In this document: positions 9,445-20,617 of the stretch, piece after piece
Position numbering within the stretch: the first letter of the stretch is position 1
How the letters are laid out: the number at the start of each line of letters is the position of its first letter
Sequence record: DRR723986_3131
Length of the DNA stretch: 49,976 bases
Reading direction: 5' to 3' (one strand)
The notes under the pieces: model-generated
Seen by the model: only the letters and a program-made list of their open reading frames with translations
Database searches by the model: none
Told to the model about the DNA's origin: nothing
Program-made: the position numbers and the translations under genes

Positions 9445-9475
9445 CCAAAACTCATTGTAAACTATAAATTCTGAA

Positions 9476-11026
9476 TTAGTTTTTCTTTACGATCTCCTCT
9501 AATTCCTCCTTCATTTTTGCCATTATTTCAGCTTCCGAAGTAGATAGATCTTTCGTTTCTTTAGGATCAAGCTTAATATTGAACAGTTGATCTTCCTTGT
9601 CAAAACCTGTTTCAATAATCGGTCCCCAAGGCACCATGTCAGGCCCAGTATTTCCTGGAATGAATTTATAACCATCATTTCGGACATAAGCTAAATTGCT
9701 GAAAAGTGCTTCCTGTACTAAGCCATACCGACCTTGCCCCTCTTTTCCGATCAATACTTCCCAGTGGTTTTCTGTATCAATAGCCTGAGCAGAATCATAA
9801 GAAATATTATTCACTGCCGCGAAGGAAGCCAACAAATCCACCTGACTGAATAGTACATCCGATGTAGCCCCAGCCTTGACTGACTTTGGCCACTTTACTA
9901 TAAATGGCACACGGGTTCCAGCTTCGAACGCACTGTATTTTCCTCCTCTCAAATCTCCCGCAGCGTCGTGATCAGCGATCAATTCTCTCGCCTGATCCAC
10001 ATATCCGTCATCTAATACTGGTCCATTATCACTGGAGAAAATCACAATCGTATTTTCTTCCAAACCCTGCTCTTGCAGCAGTTTCATCAGCTCACCTACT
10101 GTCCAATCTAGCTGAACAATTACGTCGCCTCTTGGACCGAAATCAGTAGCTCCTTGGAAGCGCTCGTGAGCAATTCTAGGTACATGAATATCGTGGGTAG
10201 AAAAGTACATGAAGAATGGTTTATCGGATTCTGCTTTGATAAAATCCGTAGCCTTATCTACAAAAGTCTGTGCAAAGTCCTCATCTCGCCACATAGCTGC
10301 TTCCCCACCGGTCTGATAACCAATACGGCTGACTCCATTCACAATGCTATGATTGTGCCCATGTGACCACATCATTTTCAAGAGCTCAGGATTATCCTTA
10401 CCTGTAGGGCCGTCTCCTATTTTCTCACGGTAATTTACGGAAATCGGGTCCGCTGGATCTAATCCAACAATATGGTGATCTTCTACAAATACCGTAGGAA
10501 CCCGATCTCCTGTAGCTGGGATAATAAAGGAATAGTCAAAACCTATTTCCAAGGGGCCAGGATTCAATTCCCCATTCCAATCAGGCCCTTCGTCACCACC
10601 AAGGCCAAGATGCCATTTCCCAATCGCAGCCGTTCTATAACCTGCTCGCTGAACGACTGAGGGTAATGTCTCGACCCCTGGCCGGATTAAAGCAGAAGCA
10701 TCTCCAGCTGCTACTCCTCGTCCTTTTGCTCGCCAAGCATACTCACCGGTAAGCAGGGAATAGCGAGATGGTGTGCAAGTAGCAGCTGACGCATAGGCAT
10801 TGGAAAATAGTAAGCCATCAGCAGCTAACTTATCGATATTTGGAGTAGGGATTTTACCTCCATAAACGGAAATATCCCCATACCCTACATCATCTGTATA
10901 GATAATTAGGATGTTTGGTTTATCTTCTGAAACCTCCTTCCTACTTGGCTTTCCGGCACAGGACACTAAAAGGGAAAACCCTACCAGGGATAGAAAAGAG
11001 AAGTGTTTTTTCAATAATGAATTCAT
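9476..11026 (-). CDS. Formylglycine-dependent (S1) sulfatase, lipoprotein
   Basis: 'PNILIIYTDD', Cys-type 'CTPSRYSLLTG', 'GKWHLG', 'SDNG'; lipobox LVSC. Confidence 0.95.
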   Translation of the reverse strand: MNSLLKKHFSFLSLVGFSLLVSCAGKPSRKEVSEDKPNILIIYTDDVGYGDISVYGGKIPTPNIDKLAADGLLFSNAYASAATCTPSRYSLLTGEYAWRAKGRGVAAGDASALIRPGVETLPSVVQRAGYRTAAIGKWHLGLGGDEGPDWNGELNPGPLEIGFDYSFIIPATGDRVPTVFVEDHHIVGLDPADPISVNYREKIGDGPTGKDNPELLKMMWSHGHNHSIVNGVSRIGYQTGGEAAMWRDEDFAQTFVDKATDFIKAESDKPFFMYFSTHDIHVPRIAHERFQGATDFGPRGDVIVQLDWTVGELMKLLQEQGLEENTIVIFSSDNGPVLDDGYVDQARELIADHDAAGDLRGGKYSAFEAGTRVPFIVKWPKSVKAGATSDVLFSQVDLLASFAAVNNISYDSAQAIDTENHWEVLIGKEGQGRYGLVQEALFSNLAYVRNDGYKFIPGNTGPDMVPWGPIIETGFDKEDQLFNIKLDPKETKDLSTSEAEIMAKMKEELEEIVKKN

Positions 11027-11052
11027 GAAATATGACGAATTAATTAGTAATG

Positions 11053-11081
11053 GATAAGGCCAGAACTAGTCTGGCCTTATC
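11053..11081. terminator. Intergenic hairpin between susD and sulfatase
   Basis: GATAAGGCCAGA/TCTGGCCTTATC perfect 12-bp stem; weak U-tail, so could be an mRNA stabiliser or attenuator. Confidence 0.5.
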
Positions 11082-11108
11082 ATTTTAGCTATTCTGGTTG
11101 ATATGAAA

Positions 11109-12893
11109 TCAATAACCAGGGTTTTGTTTTAAGTTTGGATTATCAGCTATCCGGCCAAGAGAAATTGGCAAATAATATCTCTCAGGTCCAAATACGCGAC
11201 TTACACCTTCAGCATTTTTCAGGGTAATCACATATTTATCATTGTCCAAATCGTAATTAAATACCAATCCTTTTGTTCTTACATTATCCAAGTATTGAGG
11301 TGCGATTCTCCAGCGGATCAAATCCCAGAATCTTTGGCTTTCAAATGCCAACTCCACTTGTCTTTCCTGTCTGATATTTGCTTCGGTAGCTTCTGCCAAT
11401 GTAGGCATTCCTGCTCTTTCTCTCAACTCATTCAAGGCTACTAATGCTTCGCCTGTCTTACCTAAATAGAAGGCTGCTTCCGCATAATTAAGAAGTGTCT
11501 CAGCATATCTAAATACATAGAAATCCTGTCCAGATCTCCCTGAAAGAGGCTCAAGGTTCGTTTCATCTAGTTTTTTACGAAGAAGTAAGGCTGTGTTTCT
11601 TACATTTCGAGGATGACAGGATGCAGGCCACACTTCTCCATTTCTATCAAATGTGCCACTGGTAGCAGATACTCTTTCTCCCTCATCATTAGTATAGATA
11701 GTGCTGGAATGAAAATAAACCAGGCCACCTTGCCACGTAGATTCAGGATAGAATACAGAAGCTCTGAACCTTGGATCTCTTTTCCCAAAGAAGTCTTCGA
11801 TTTCCCAAGAATTAGATGCAATCAAATCATCTCTTGAAATATCAGTCCCTTTTCTTCCATCCACAAAGTCAAAAAGCTCAACAAAATCATAGAGAACAGG
11901 GAAATTTGAATTCCAAGTAGCTGCAAATCCAGCTGGAGTAGCAATATTATCCAAGGAGTGACCTTTGACTATTGGCTCAAACACTTCCGCAAAAATCACC
12001 TCATCATTTCCTTCGTCCAGGAAAAGCTGACTAAAATTCACCATCTTATCCTCATACTTCTCATAAAGAGAAAACATCCCAGACTCAATGATCTCTTTTG
12101 AAGCATTATAAGATTTTTGATAAAAATCCTGAGTACTTCCAGATGAAATCCCCACTAAACCATCCGCCTGAACGGTACTGAAATTCCCAATACTTGCTGC
12201 GTATAAGGATGCTCTAGACAAAAGCGCCAGTGCTGTATATTTATCTGCTCTTCCAGCTGCACCAGTTTTTTGATCTGGCATGGTGGCGATGATTTCATCA
12301 AGTTCTGTCACGATAAAGTTATAAATCTCCTCTTCAGTAGCCCGTGACGGATACAATTCGCTCTCAGGATCATCTACACTTTGTACTTTGGTGATTAGAG
12401 GCACCCCTCCGAATCTAATGACCATTTGAAAATAAGCATATGCTCTCAGGAATCTTGCCTCATTCATTTTTTGCAAAATGTAGGAATCATCCAAGGATTT
12501 ACTTGACCCGATATTTTCCAATAAATAGTTAATATCCCTGATCGAATTATACCCCCAATAATCGAGAGGTCCGGCACCGGATGCAGCAGTATATGATCTA
12601 CTGTAAGTGGTATTTGGCGTTTGCCAGTTGGCGAAATTAATGTGCTCAGCGCCAGCTGCTGGTATCATACCCATATTATTCTGAGCCTCACCACCTACAT
12701 CGATGAACAGCATGTCGGAGTACACGTTGGCTAGATAAGCTTCAGTTAGATTTTCATCCTCGAAAACGACGCCTTCAGAAATAAAATCAGGGGTTTTTGT
12801 AAGTTGTTCTTCACATGATGCAAAAACGATCGTCAGCAGCATCAATAGTAATATTCTTGATTTCATGATTATCATGTTTTTTCGTTTTAACAT
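11109..12893 (-). CDS. susD: RagB/SusD-family outer-membrane lipoprotein
   Basis: Lipobox FASC, 'EARFLRAYAYF', 'FGGVPL', 'RYAETLLNYAEA', 'ERQVELAFE', 'QNPGY'. True start likely 12866-12875. Confidence 0.95.
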   Translation of the reverse strand: MLKRKNMIIMKSRILLLMLLTIVFASCEEQLTKTPDFISEGVVFEDENLTEAYLANVYSDMLFIDVGGEAQNNMGMIPAAGAEHINFANWQTPNTTYSRSYTAASGAGPLDYWGYNSIRDINYLLENIGSSKSLDDSYILQKMNEARFLRAYAYFQMVIRFGGVPLITKVQSVDDPESELYPSRATEEEIYNFIVTELDEIIATMPDQKTGAAGRADKYTALALLSRASLYAASIGNFSTVQADGLVGISSGSTQDFYQKSYNASKEIIESGMFSLYEKYEDKMVNFSQLFLDEGNDEVIFAEVFEPIVKGHSLDNIATPAGFAATWNSNFPVLYDFVELFDFVDGRKGTDISRDDLIASNSWEIEDFFGKRDPRFRASVFYPESTWQGGLVYFHSSTIYTNDEGERVSATSGTFDRNGEVWPASCHPRNVRNTALLLRKKLDETNLEPLSGRSGQDFYVFRYAETLLNYAEAAFYLGKTGEALVALNELRERAGMPTLAEATEANIRQERQVELAFESQRFWDLIRWRIAPQYLDNVRTKGLVFNYDLDNDKYVITLKNAEGVSRVFGPERYYLPISLGRIADNPNLKQNPGY

Positions 12894-15800
12894 TTAAAAT
12901 CCAAGTTGTACGCCAAATGACATCGTTCTCAACAGAGGCAATTTGAAGGCATTTGCACTTGTTGCTTCTTCAGGATCAACGGCATCTTTGAAGATACCCA
13001 TGTTATTAAATGACAGTAAATTATCGCCGGACATGTAGACATTGGCATTGCTCAACCCGATTTTAGACAGAAAACTACTTGGTAAGGAGTATGAAACTGT
13101 AGCAGTTTTCAATCTTAGGTAAGTTCCGTTGTACATCCAGAAATCAGAGTTAATGTTATTCCAAGTTCTTGTACCATTTCTCTCGTATGCTGGTAGTTGC
13201 GCATTAGGATTTGAACCAATACCAGGGTTATTTGGATCCTGAGTCCAAGTATATTGCTCGTGCAATTCAAGTGGGACCTGCTCATTATTAAATGCTCCTC
13301 TATAGAGCCCTGATATATTTACATTAAACCTGGTTCCACCTTGCCAAAGCATAGCAAGACTAAAGCCTCTATAAGACAATCTTGGAGCTAGTGAATAAGT
13401 GATATCAGGATTAGTTCCATACCCAATCTGGTATCTATCAGCTCTATTTATGACACCATCTTCGTTGATATCTACATATCTGATATCACCTGGCTTTGGT
13501 CTACCATTGATGTCTTCGATTGTATATTGCTCCAAATACTGATCTACCTCAGCTTGGGTATTGAATAGTCCATCTGTTTTGTATCCGTAGGTAATATTCA
13601 CCCATCTCCCACTTAGCTGATCAAACTCGACCTGAATAGGGTCCTCAAAATTGATGTCTTCTTCATAATTCTCATAGCGCTCTCTTGCATAGGCAACGCC
13701 AGCTGTGATTTCGTATTTGAACTCACCAAAAGTTCCTTGGTTGCCTAAAGAAAGTTCAAAACCTCTGTTACTTCTAGAATCCAAGTTCACCTGAGGTAAA
13801 GCAGCTCCGAAAGTAGAAGGAAGAGATTCCAATGGAGTTCTTAGCAATCCATCTCTGTATCTGTAGAACACATCCAATGTAGAGTACAACTTCCCGTTAA
13901 ACATAGTCAAGTCTATACCTGCATTGTATAGGGTAGTGGACTCCCAAGTAATGTCTGGATTAACCAAACCCGTATTGCTAATGATCGCAGTAGGAGATCC
14001 GTCTAAGTAATAAACAGCTCCTGATGACTCTTCAAATCCTGATAGGAAGTTGAAGGAAGTATTCCCTACGTTGCTATCTACACCGGTTTGGCTATATGAC
14101 AAACGAAGTTTGAACTGATCCAACACGTCTGAAGTAGCCAAGAAATCTTCTCTGGCGATATTCCATCCGACTGATACTGATGGAAAATATCCCCATGCGT
14201 TATTACCAAATTTAGAGCTGGCATCTGCACGAAGAGTCGCTTCCAGCAAATACTTTTCGTCATATGCGTAGTTGAATCTACCTGCAAAACTTACTCTGGT
14301 ATATTGAATATCCCTACCCGTACCCGAACTTCTGGTCAATTCATTTGTACCTCCAATTTGTGGAACTTCAGTCGACAGCAAATCAGTTCTGGTCACAGTA
14401 AGTTGACGATAAGTATTATCTTCTTTCTCTCCAAAGAATAAAAATCCAAACTCATGTTTGTCAACAGCCTTTTCGTAGGTAGCATAACCTCTTGAAAGTA
14501 TTCTGTTAATTGGATCACTGAAACTACCGTAGGATCTAGAAAAAGAATTCCCTAGAAGAGAAGCTTCTAAAGTATACCCATCAAAATCTTCGGTGACAGC
14601 GTTTGGATCATACGACCATACATCATAAGGTGTAGCCAAAGCCGCTTCTTGTAAGTTTCTTGCTCTTACGTTTACTTTACCGCCTACGCTCAGACCTTTT
14701 ACAAATGGTAGTGAATACTTCAATTCTGCAGAACCAGTCAACGTATGTTGGTAGCTTTTACTGTATCCGGCAAATTTCTGATTGATTCTAGCTACTGGAG
14801 ATCGACCGCTAAAGCCTGAATAAGGCGCTCTGTCGGGATCTGGCAAGTCTGGGTTGAATAGAGGCTGGGATGTCTGAAGATCATTCCAGATGGTGGATGG
14901 ATCAATAATTGAATAATCCTTATCCTCTTTGATATATTGACCATTTAATATCAAAACAATGTTTTTGGACAAATCAATATCCATGTTATTGGTCAAAGTC
15001 AATTTCTTATAATCATAATCTCCTTTGAAAATCCCGGATTGACTGGTATATCCTACAGATGAATAATATCTGATTTTCTCACTGCCTCCTCTGAAGCTCA
15101 AATTATGACTCATCAATGGAGAACCTGTATCCTTCAATACTGCATCTACCCAATCATAGCTAGGAAGCTCCCCAGACTCGTATTGATTAAGTTTTTCCTC
15201 AGTAAATAATGTACCGTAGCTGATTGGCTGATCTGGTTTAAGAGGATCGTATTGACCATTAAATACTGCATCTCTCCCAAGTTGAATAAATCCAGCCGCA
15301 TCAACCTGCTTGGCAAAAGTCAATCTTTTCTGAGTAGCCACATATCCGTGATAATTCACAGACATCGAACCAGCCTTACCTCTTTTAGTAGTGACCAGAA
15401 TAACACCGTTACCAGCTCTAGCACCATAAATAGCCGCAGATGCATCTTTCAACACTGTCACAGTTTCGATGTCATTTGGATCTATACGATCTAAAAATGA
15501 CTCAATTCCGTCTACAATTACCAGTGGATTTCCAAAGCCTCGAATACTCAAAGTGGCATTGTCTTCACCTGGAAGACCAGGATTTTGATTGGAGATCAAA
15601 CCTGGAACCTGGCCGATCAAAAGACCTTTAACGTTCGTCGCAGGAGTTTGAACAAGCCTATCGGCTTTCAAGTCAGTCACAGATCCAGTCAGGTTACTTT
15701 TCTTCTGAGTACCATAGGCTACTACTACGACCTCATCCAAATCTCCTACATCATCCTGCAAAAACACGTCAATGAAGCTTCTACCTTCTACCGGTATAGT

Positions 15801-16157
15801 TTGAGCTTTGTAGCCAACGAAGGAATAAACCAACGAAGCACCTTCCTGAACTGTCAAGGTATATTTCCCATCAAGATCAGTGACTGTACCATTAGTGGTT
15901 CCGTATTCGATCACAGTGACTCCCGGAATCGGGAATTCTGTCTCATCCTTCACCACCCCGGTAACTTGGATTTCTGTTTTCACAGCTGAAGCTCGCAATA
16001 CATTCCCTAGGGTAGATTCACTAGCACCGACTGTTCCTTTTCCTTCAAATAATTGCTGTTGCGCCGCTAATGGTCCCAAAATGGCACATTGCATTCCAAT
16101 GCCGATCAGGAAGGTTTTGGTCAGCGATTTAGCTAACAATGGTAATTTTATTTTCAT
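12894..16157 (-). CDS. susC: SusC/RagA TonB-dependent transporter
   Basis: CarboxypepD-reg-like N-domain, 'LDEVVVVAYG', 'LKDASAAIYGARAGNGVILVTTKRG', C-terminal Phe. Confidence 0.97.
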   Translation of the reverse strand: MKIKLPLLAKSLTKTFLIGIGMQCAILGPLAAQQQLFEGKGTVGASESTLGNVLRASAVKTEIQVTGVVKDETEFPIPGVTVIEYGTTNGTVTDLDGKYTLTVQEGASLVYSFVGYKAQTIPVEGRSFIDVFLQDDVGDLDEVVVVAYGTQKKSNLTGSVTDLKADRLVQTPATNVKGLLIGQVPGLISNQNPGLPGEDNATLSIRGFGNPLVIVDGIESFLDRIDPNDIETVTVLKDASAAIYGARAGNGVILVTTKRGKAGSMSVNYHGYVATQKRLTFAKQVDAAGFIQLGRDAVFNGQYDPLKPDQPISYGTLFTEEKLNQYESGELPSYDWVDAVLKDTGSPLMSHNLSFRGGSEKIRYYSSVGYTSQSGIFKGDYDYKKLTLTNNMDIDLSKNIVLILNGQYIKEDKDYSIIDPSTIWNDLQTSQPLFNPDLPDPDRAPYSGFSGRSPVARINQKFAGYSKSYQHTLTGSAELKYSLPFVKGLSVGGKVNVRARNLQEAALATPYDVWSYDPNAVTEDFDGYTLEASLLGNSFSRSYGSFSDPINRILSRGYATYEKAVDKHEFGFLFFGEKEDNTYRQLTVTRTDLLSTEVPQIGGTNELTRSSGTGRDIQYTRVSFAGRFNYAYDEKYLLEATLRADASSKFGNNAWGYFPSVSVGWNIAREDFLATSDVLDQFKLRLSYSQTGVDSNVGNTSFNFLSGFEESSGAVYYLDGSPTAIISNTGLVNPDITWESTTLYNAGIDLTMFNGKLYSTLDVFYRYRDGLLRTPLESLPSTFGAALPQVNLDSRSNRGFELSLGNQGTFGEFKYEITAGVAYARERYENYEEDINFEDPIQVEFDQLSGRWVNITYGYKTDGLFNTQAEVDQYLEQYTIEDINGRPKPGDIRYVDINEDGVINRADRYQIGYGTNPDITYSLAPRLSYRGFSLAMLWQGGTRFNVNISGLYRGAFNNEQVPLELHEQYTWTQDPNNPGIGSNPNAQLPAYERNGTRTWNNINSDFWMYNGTYLRLKTATVSYSLPSSFLSKIGLSNANVYMSGDNLLSFNNMGIFKDAVDPEEATSANAFKLPLLRTMSFGVQLGF

Positions 16158-16365
16158 ATTTCAGTTGATTTTATTGTATCAATTTTTAGTCATTTTATGT
16201 ATGAAGTATATAGTAATAGACATGATTGTTGATTCTGCATAGGCATATTTTGGATTTTGATTTAGGTGAATTTCATTGAATTAGATATCAATCTAGAAGT
16301 GCTCACTTCAATGAGCTATTCTCATGATTATTAAAAATTTAATAGAGAGAATAACATTTGTACTT

Positions 16366-16384
16366 TTGCACTAATCTAGTGCAA
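16366..16384. promoter_or_regulatory. Palindromic operator candidate TTGCACTA-atc-TAGTGCAA upstream of susC
   Basis: Perfect 8-bp arms about 210 nt upstream of the susC start; a half-site TAGTGCA recurs at 16646-16652. Confidence 0.5.
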
Positions 16385-16759
16385 TTGTTGAATTTTAAGG
16401 CAAACGTCCTAAAAAATTTATTAAAAAAATTAAAGAAGATTTATATTCTTTTTAAAATTAATACAGGAACCAAATATAATTTTACGGATTTTCATCCTTT
16501 ATACAGAATTAGGCCCTCCTAATTGGAATACCTTTAATGGTTTTTCTGCCCTTTACCCATTGGCCTTTACATTTCCTTATTTCTACCAATTCAACTCAGA
16601 ATTCTTTACACTAAGACTCATATTGCATTTAGATGTTATTCTAGATAGTGCATGGAAAATAGGTGGGTCAGCTACTAAAACACACGGATATCATCCCCCT
16701 TGGAAAAACCCGGAGTAATCAAAGCAACATCAACTACTATAAGCTGTTTCTATAAAAAG

Positions 16760-18397
16760 TTATTTGGCAAGAACCTGCTTTTCTTCCAGCAGTACTTTCT
16801 CCAATTTCTCATACTGCAAATCCTGCACAGCCACATCACCATCAATAGCCAGTGATGCCGCCGCTGCTGCAGATTGACCTAGAATCATAAAAACAGGCTC
16901 CATCCTGATAGAACCAAAGGCAGTATGTGAACTAGAAACACACACCGGAACGAGCAAATTAGAACATTCTTCTTTTTTCGGAACAAGTGTTCCATAGGAA
17001 ATCGAATAAGGGTTTTTCGGGTGAACTCCTATATCTCCTTCATTCTGCACATAGCCATCCAACGTCACAAATCGCTGAGCATTGTGCGAATCCAGTGAAT
17101 AGGATCCCATCCCCACAGGCTCCGGAACTTCCTTTGCTCCAAGTACATCATGCTCAGTCATCACATAGGCACCTATCATTCTTCGGGCTTCGCGCACATA
17201 GATCTGGTGAGGCCAGTTGTTATTATCGACAAATTCATCTTTTGCCAAACCCCAATTTGCCATCTCTGCTCTCACCGAATCTGGCACTTTTTCATTATGA
17301 GACATGAAGTAAAGTAAGCCTTGTTGGTAGTCGGTATGCTCCTTTAAGATTTGCTTTCTTTCAGCGTAACTCGCTTCTGGATAAGCATAGTTTTTCCCTA
17401 TATAATCTGTAGAAAATGGCCCATGATTATTGGTGTCCGTCTTCAAATTTGGAATTGGATCGTATTTATCAAAAGTTTCATCCCAACCAGCAGCATAGAC
17501 TCTAGCAAGCAATTCATAGCGTGCAGGATCATATCCTTCAGGTTTTGGGAAAGGAACACGATTGTCGGGGTGCCTACTCATCGCCAGACGATAAGTATAG
17601 GCCTGAAGACGTTTGTCACCTGATCCGTTTTCCCCCGGTGGATCTGCAGAGATCTCCGGCAATAAGCCGCTGGTGGAATCTCCGGGAATCATATAAGCAC
17701 TGATGTCATTTTTGAAATAGTGTCCGTGTTGATAAACACCCACCTGTACCCCGTTCCAGGTCTCGCCATAAGTATCATTTGATTCCCGTCCCACGTGGTA
17801 GCTAACTCCAGCTGCTGCCATTAGATCACCTTCGTAGGTTGCATCTATAAAAACTTTTCCCTGATAGATATGACCAGAAAGTGTTGAGATCTGCATGATT
17901 TTGCCATTTTCCAGTTTAACTCCAGCTTCTCGATCCAGCCATTCATCACGATGGATTTCCAAATCGTATTCCGAAACAAAATTCTCAAAGACCTGTTCGG
18001 CTACATGGGGTTCAAAAATCCACATAGTTCTATTCTCGCCATCCATCGCTGGCGTACCTTGACCTTTATTTCCGTATTCCTCTTTTTTCTGCCACTTCCA
18101 AGCCGAATCCTGCTGATAATGAAGGTAGATTCGATGATAAAACTCCCTAGCCAATCCTCCTATCACAGACTTATTTCCAGTATCCGTGAAACCTAGACCT
18201 CCGGAAGACAATCCTCCTAAATGCCTATCAGGAGAAACAACAATGACTGATTTGCCCATTTTTTTTGCCTGAACTGCAGCGGTAATCGCTGCCGAGGTCC
18301 CTCCATATATAATGATGTCAGCCTCAAACTCGGAAGTATTCTCAGGTTTGCAGGAAAATAGAATTAAGATGATAAGGAGGCTAGGTAAAAATTTCAT
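16760..18397 (-). CDS. FAD-dependent oxidoreductase (FAD_oxidored family), lipoprotein
   Basis: 'DIIIYGGTSA', 'HLGGLSSGGLG', 'FIDATYEGDL', 'YVREARR', 'SIRMEP'. Start set at MKFLP (lipobox LFSC). Confidence 0.9.
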   Translation of the reverse strand: MKFLPSLLIILILFSCKPENTSEFEADIIIYGGTSAAITAAVQAKKMGKSVIVVSPDRHLGGLSSGGLGFTDTGNKSVIGGLAREFYHRIYLHYQQDSAWKWQKKEEYGNKGQGTPAMDGENRTMWIFEPHVAEQVFENFVSEYDLEIHRDEWLDREAGVKLENGKIMQISTLSGHIYQGKVFIDATYEGDLMAAAGVSYHVGRESNDTYGETWNGVQVGVYQHGHYFKNDISAYMIPGDSTSGLLPEISADPPGENGSGDKRLQAYTYRLAMSRHPDNRVPFPKPEGYDPARYELLARVYAAGWDETFDKYDPIPNLKTDTNNHGPFSTDYIGKNYAYPEASYAERKQILKEHTDYQQGLLYFMSHNEKVPDSVRAEMANWGLAKDEFVDNNNWPHQIYVREARRMIGAYVMTEHDVLGAKEVPEPVGMGSYSLDSHNAQRFVTLDGYVQNEGDIGVHPKNPYSISYGTLVPKKEECSNLLVPVCVSSSHTAFGSIRMEPVFMILGQSAAAAASLAIDGDVAVQDLQYEKLEKVLLEEKQVLAK

Positions 18398-18551
18398 GAT
18401 ATGTAGATCTTGGAAAAACTGGTTAATTGAATAGCACAAAACAACTTTCAAAATAACCTTTTTTATCCAACTGATCTATCTCACTTTGACACTATTTAGC
18501 TGAACACACAATGCCATTCCTGAACTCTAAAAATAGTCAGAAACCCATCAC

Positions 18552-19706
18552 TCATTTACTGACCAATTTCAACTTGTAAAGAACAATACCATCATCCTCG
18601 GTTTCGGACAACCCTGCGACTTTGGAAACGACAAGCTCACCATTTTTATTAACCACATTTGGAAAATTGCTGGTGATTGGAAAAGGGACATTCGTGGCCA
18701 ATTGATTGAAATCCTTGTCGAAAATCGCTGCGTAGTTAGGGTCTTTTTTGCGTGCAGCTAATCCATCTCTAGTCGGAGGCCCAAGCTGAGCTTTCTCCTC
18801 TTCCGAAAGTCCTTTATTGTAGATAGCAATGTAATAGTCTCCTGACACCAAAATATTAGTAAGATTGCCAGGTCTTTTCTTCTGATTTTCTATAAAAAAC
18901 TGCTCTGCTTTATCCAATGGAACAGAAGTAGTGGGAATCCAATCAGGTATATTTACATCCACAGTTTTTTCATACTCAAATTTATCACCCACCTTGTTAT
19001 ACACATAAATCTCTGGCGTAAACCACATGCTAAGCAACAGCTTTTCCCCATCCACCGTGTACACTGGAATAGGAAAACCTTTCACTTCATCATCTAATAA
19101 TGTCGAAGACTCAGGCAAACTTAATACCCCTAGCGTATCTCCAGTCTCCGTATCCTGAGCTTCTATGATAGGTAGATGAAGCAAAGCTTGGTAGAATTCC
19201 CCCTCTTCAAAGTTAACAGCCAAAGTCTCAGGCCAAGGTTTTGGGTAATAGATTTTACCCTCTGACTCGAACATCCCAAGTTTGGGATACATCATAAAAA
19301 CCTGATGAGAATAGGGAATCGTCACCTCACCAACTTTACTAGAATCCTGAAATCTATAGTAGCCCTTTGGTGGGTTAAAAACCGTCACATCTCCATTGAA
19401 ATATCCCAAACCTAGCGCTTGCCCCACAGGATCGATCCCTTCTTCACTGAATTTATTGTGATTAAGAATCTTTCCATCCTCATCCACTTCTACGTATTCA
19501 TAATAAGAATCCGTCGCAAGCAAGTACTTATCAGTCTTGGAATCATAGTCTAGCAACATCATTTCTCCCAAGTAATCTATCTGAACAGAATCAGTGATTT
19601 CTAGAGAAAAGGATTTTGTAATGGAATTATTTTCTTTTTTCTCTCCACAGGAAAGAAGACTTATAGCTATTGAGCTGATAAGAAAGTGAGTGAATTGGAG
19701 TTTCAT
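18552..19706 (-). CDS. Hypothetical lipoprotein, probable beta-propeller (DUF4221-like)
   Basis: Lipobox LLSC, 'LEITDSVQID', beta-rich sequence. Confidence 0.6.
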   Translation of the reverse strand: MKLQFTHFLISSIAISLLSCGEKKENNSITKSFSLEITDSVQIDYLGEMMLLDYDSKTDKYLLATDSYYEYVEVDEDGKILNHNKFSEEGIDPVGQALGLGYFNGDVTVFNPPKGYYRFQDSSKVGEVTIPYSHQVFMMYPKLGMFESEGKIYYPKPWPETLAVNFEEGEFYQALLHLPIIEAQDTETGDTLGVLSLPESSTLLDDEVKGFPIPVYTVDGEKLLLSMWFTPEIYVYNKVGDKFEYEKTVDVNIPDWIPTTSVPLDKAEQFFIENQKKRPGNLTNILVSGDYYIAIYNKGLSEEEKAQLGPPTRDGLAARKKDPNYAAIFDKDFNQLATNVPFPITSNFPNVVNKNGELVVSKVAGLSETEDDGIVLYKLKLVSK

Positions 19707-19809
19707 GGCAAAAATTAAAAAGGGGTTGTAGTGGTATGATTTTCAGAATCCTACCTAAAAAGCTAAATACTAAGAATAACTACAACTAAATAAGAATTTT
19801 TAACAAAAT

Positions 19810-20394
19810 CTAGCTAGCGATCAATTCATGAACCCGCTCACGAAGTGTAGGCACTACTTCCTCCTCAAACCAAGGATTTCTTCGCCTCCACATGAGATTT
19901 CGCGGAGAGGGGTGTACTAGTGGAATAAACTCCGGTAAGTACAAGTCGAAATTTTTAACAGTCTCCGTCAGTGTCTTCTTTTTCCTATTCCCCAAGTAAT
20001 ATTTCAAAGCATACTGCCCAATAAGTAAGGTCAATTTCACCTCCGGCATACGCTCATTCATTTGCTGGTGCCATAAAGGAGCGCATTCAGGTCTTGGTGG
20101 CAAATCCCCTCCTTTTCCCCTGCCAGGATAACAGAAACCCATAGGCATGATCCCAAAGATCTTAGGATCATAAAATTGCTCACGATCCACACCCAACCAT
20201 CTTCTTAATTCATTTCCGCTCGCATCATTCCAAGGAATTCCCGTTGCATGAACTTTGGTACCAGGAGCCTGTCCTATAATCAAAATCTTACTTTTTGGAT
20301 GTATAGAGAACACAGGCTTTGGACCAAGAGGCAAAAACTCTTTGCACATTTTACAAGCCTGAGCATCAATAACTAAAGACTCAAAACTATCCAT
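19810..20394 (-). CDS. Uracil-DNA glycosylase superfamily protein
   Basis: 'IIGQAPG', 'GIPWND', 'HPSPRN', Cys cluster. Confidence 0.92.
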   Translation of the reverse strand: MDSFESLVIDAQACKMCKEFLPLGPKPVFSIHPKSKILIIGQAPGTKVHATGIPWNDASGNELRRWLGVDREQFYDPKIFGIMPMGFCYPGRGKGGDLPPRPECAPLWHQQMNERMPEVKLTLLIGQYALKYYLGNRKKKTLTETVKNFDLYLPEFIPLVHPSPRNLMWRRRNPWFEEEVVPTLRERVHELIAS

Positions 20395-20617
20395 CAGACG
20401 ACATTTATCTTATTTATTACCACTTTTTGAATCCAAAACAGAAATTATATGAAAATCGGTTAATTATTGTAGGGAAATTATATTAAATTATTAGGCTAGT
20501 TTATTGAACAGCAACATTTTACTTTAAACAATGAGATGTTAATTCTAGTTAAATCCACCTGACCTTATTTGTTCGTATCTTATTGACATACCAATCAACC
20601 ATCTACTCATATATGCC

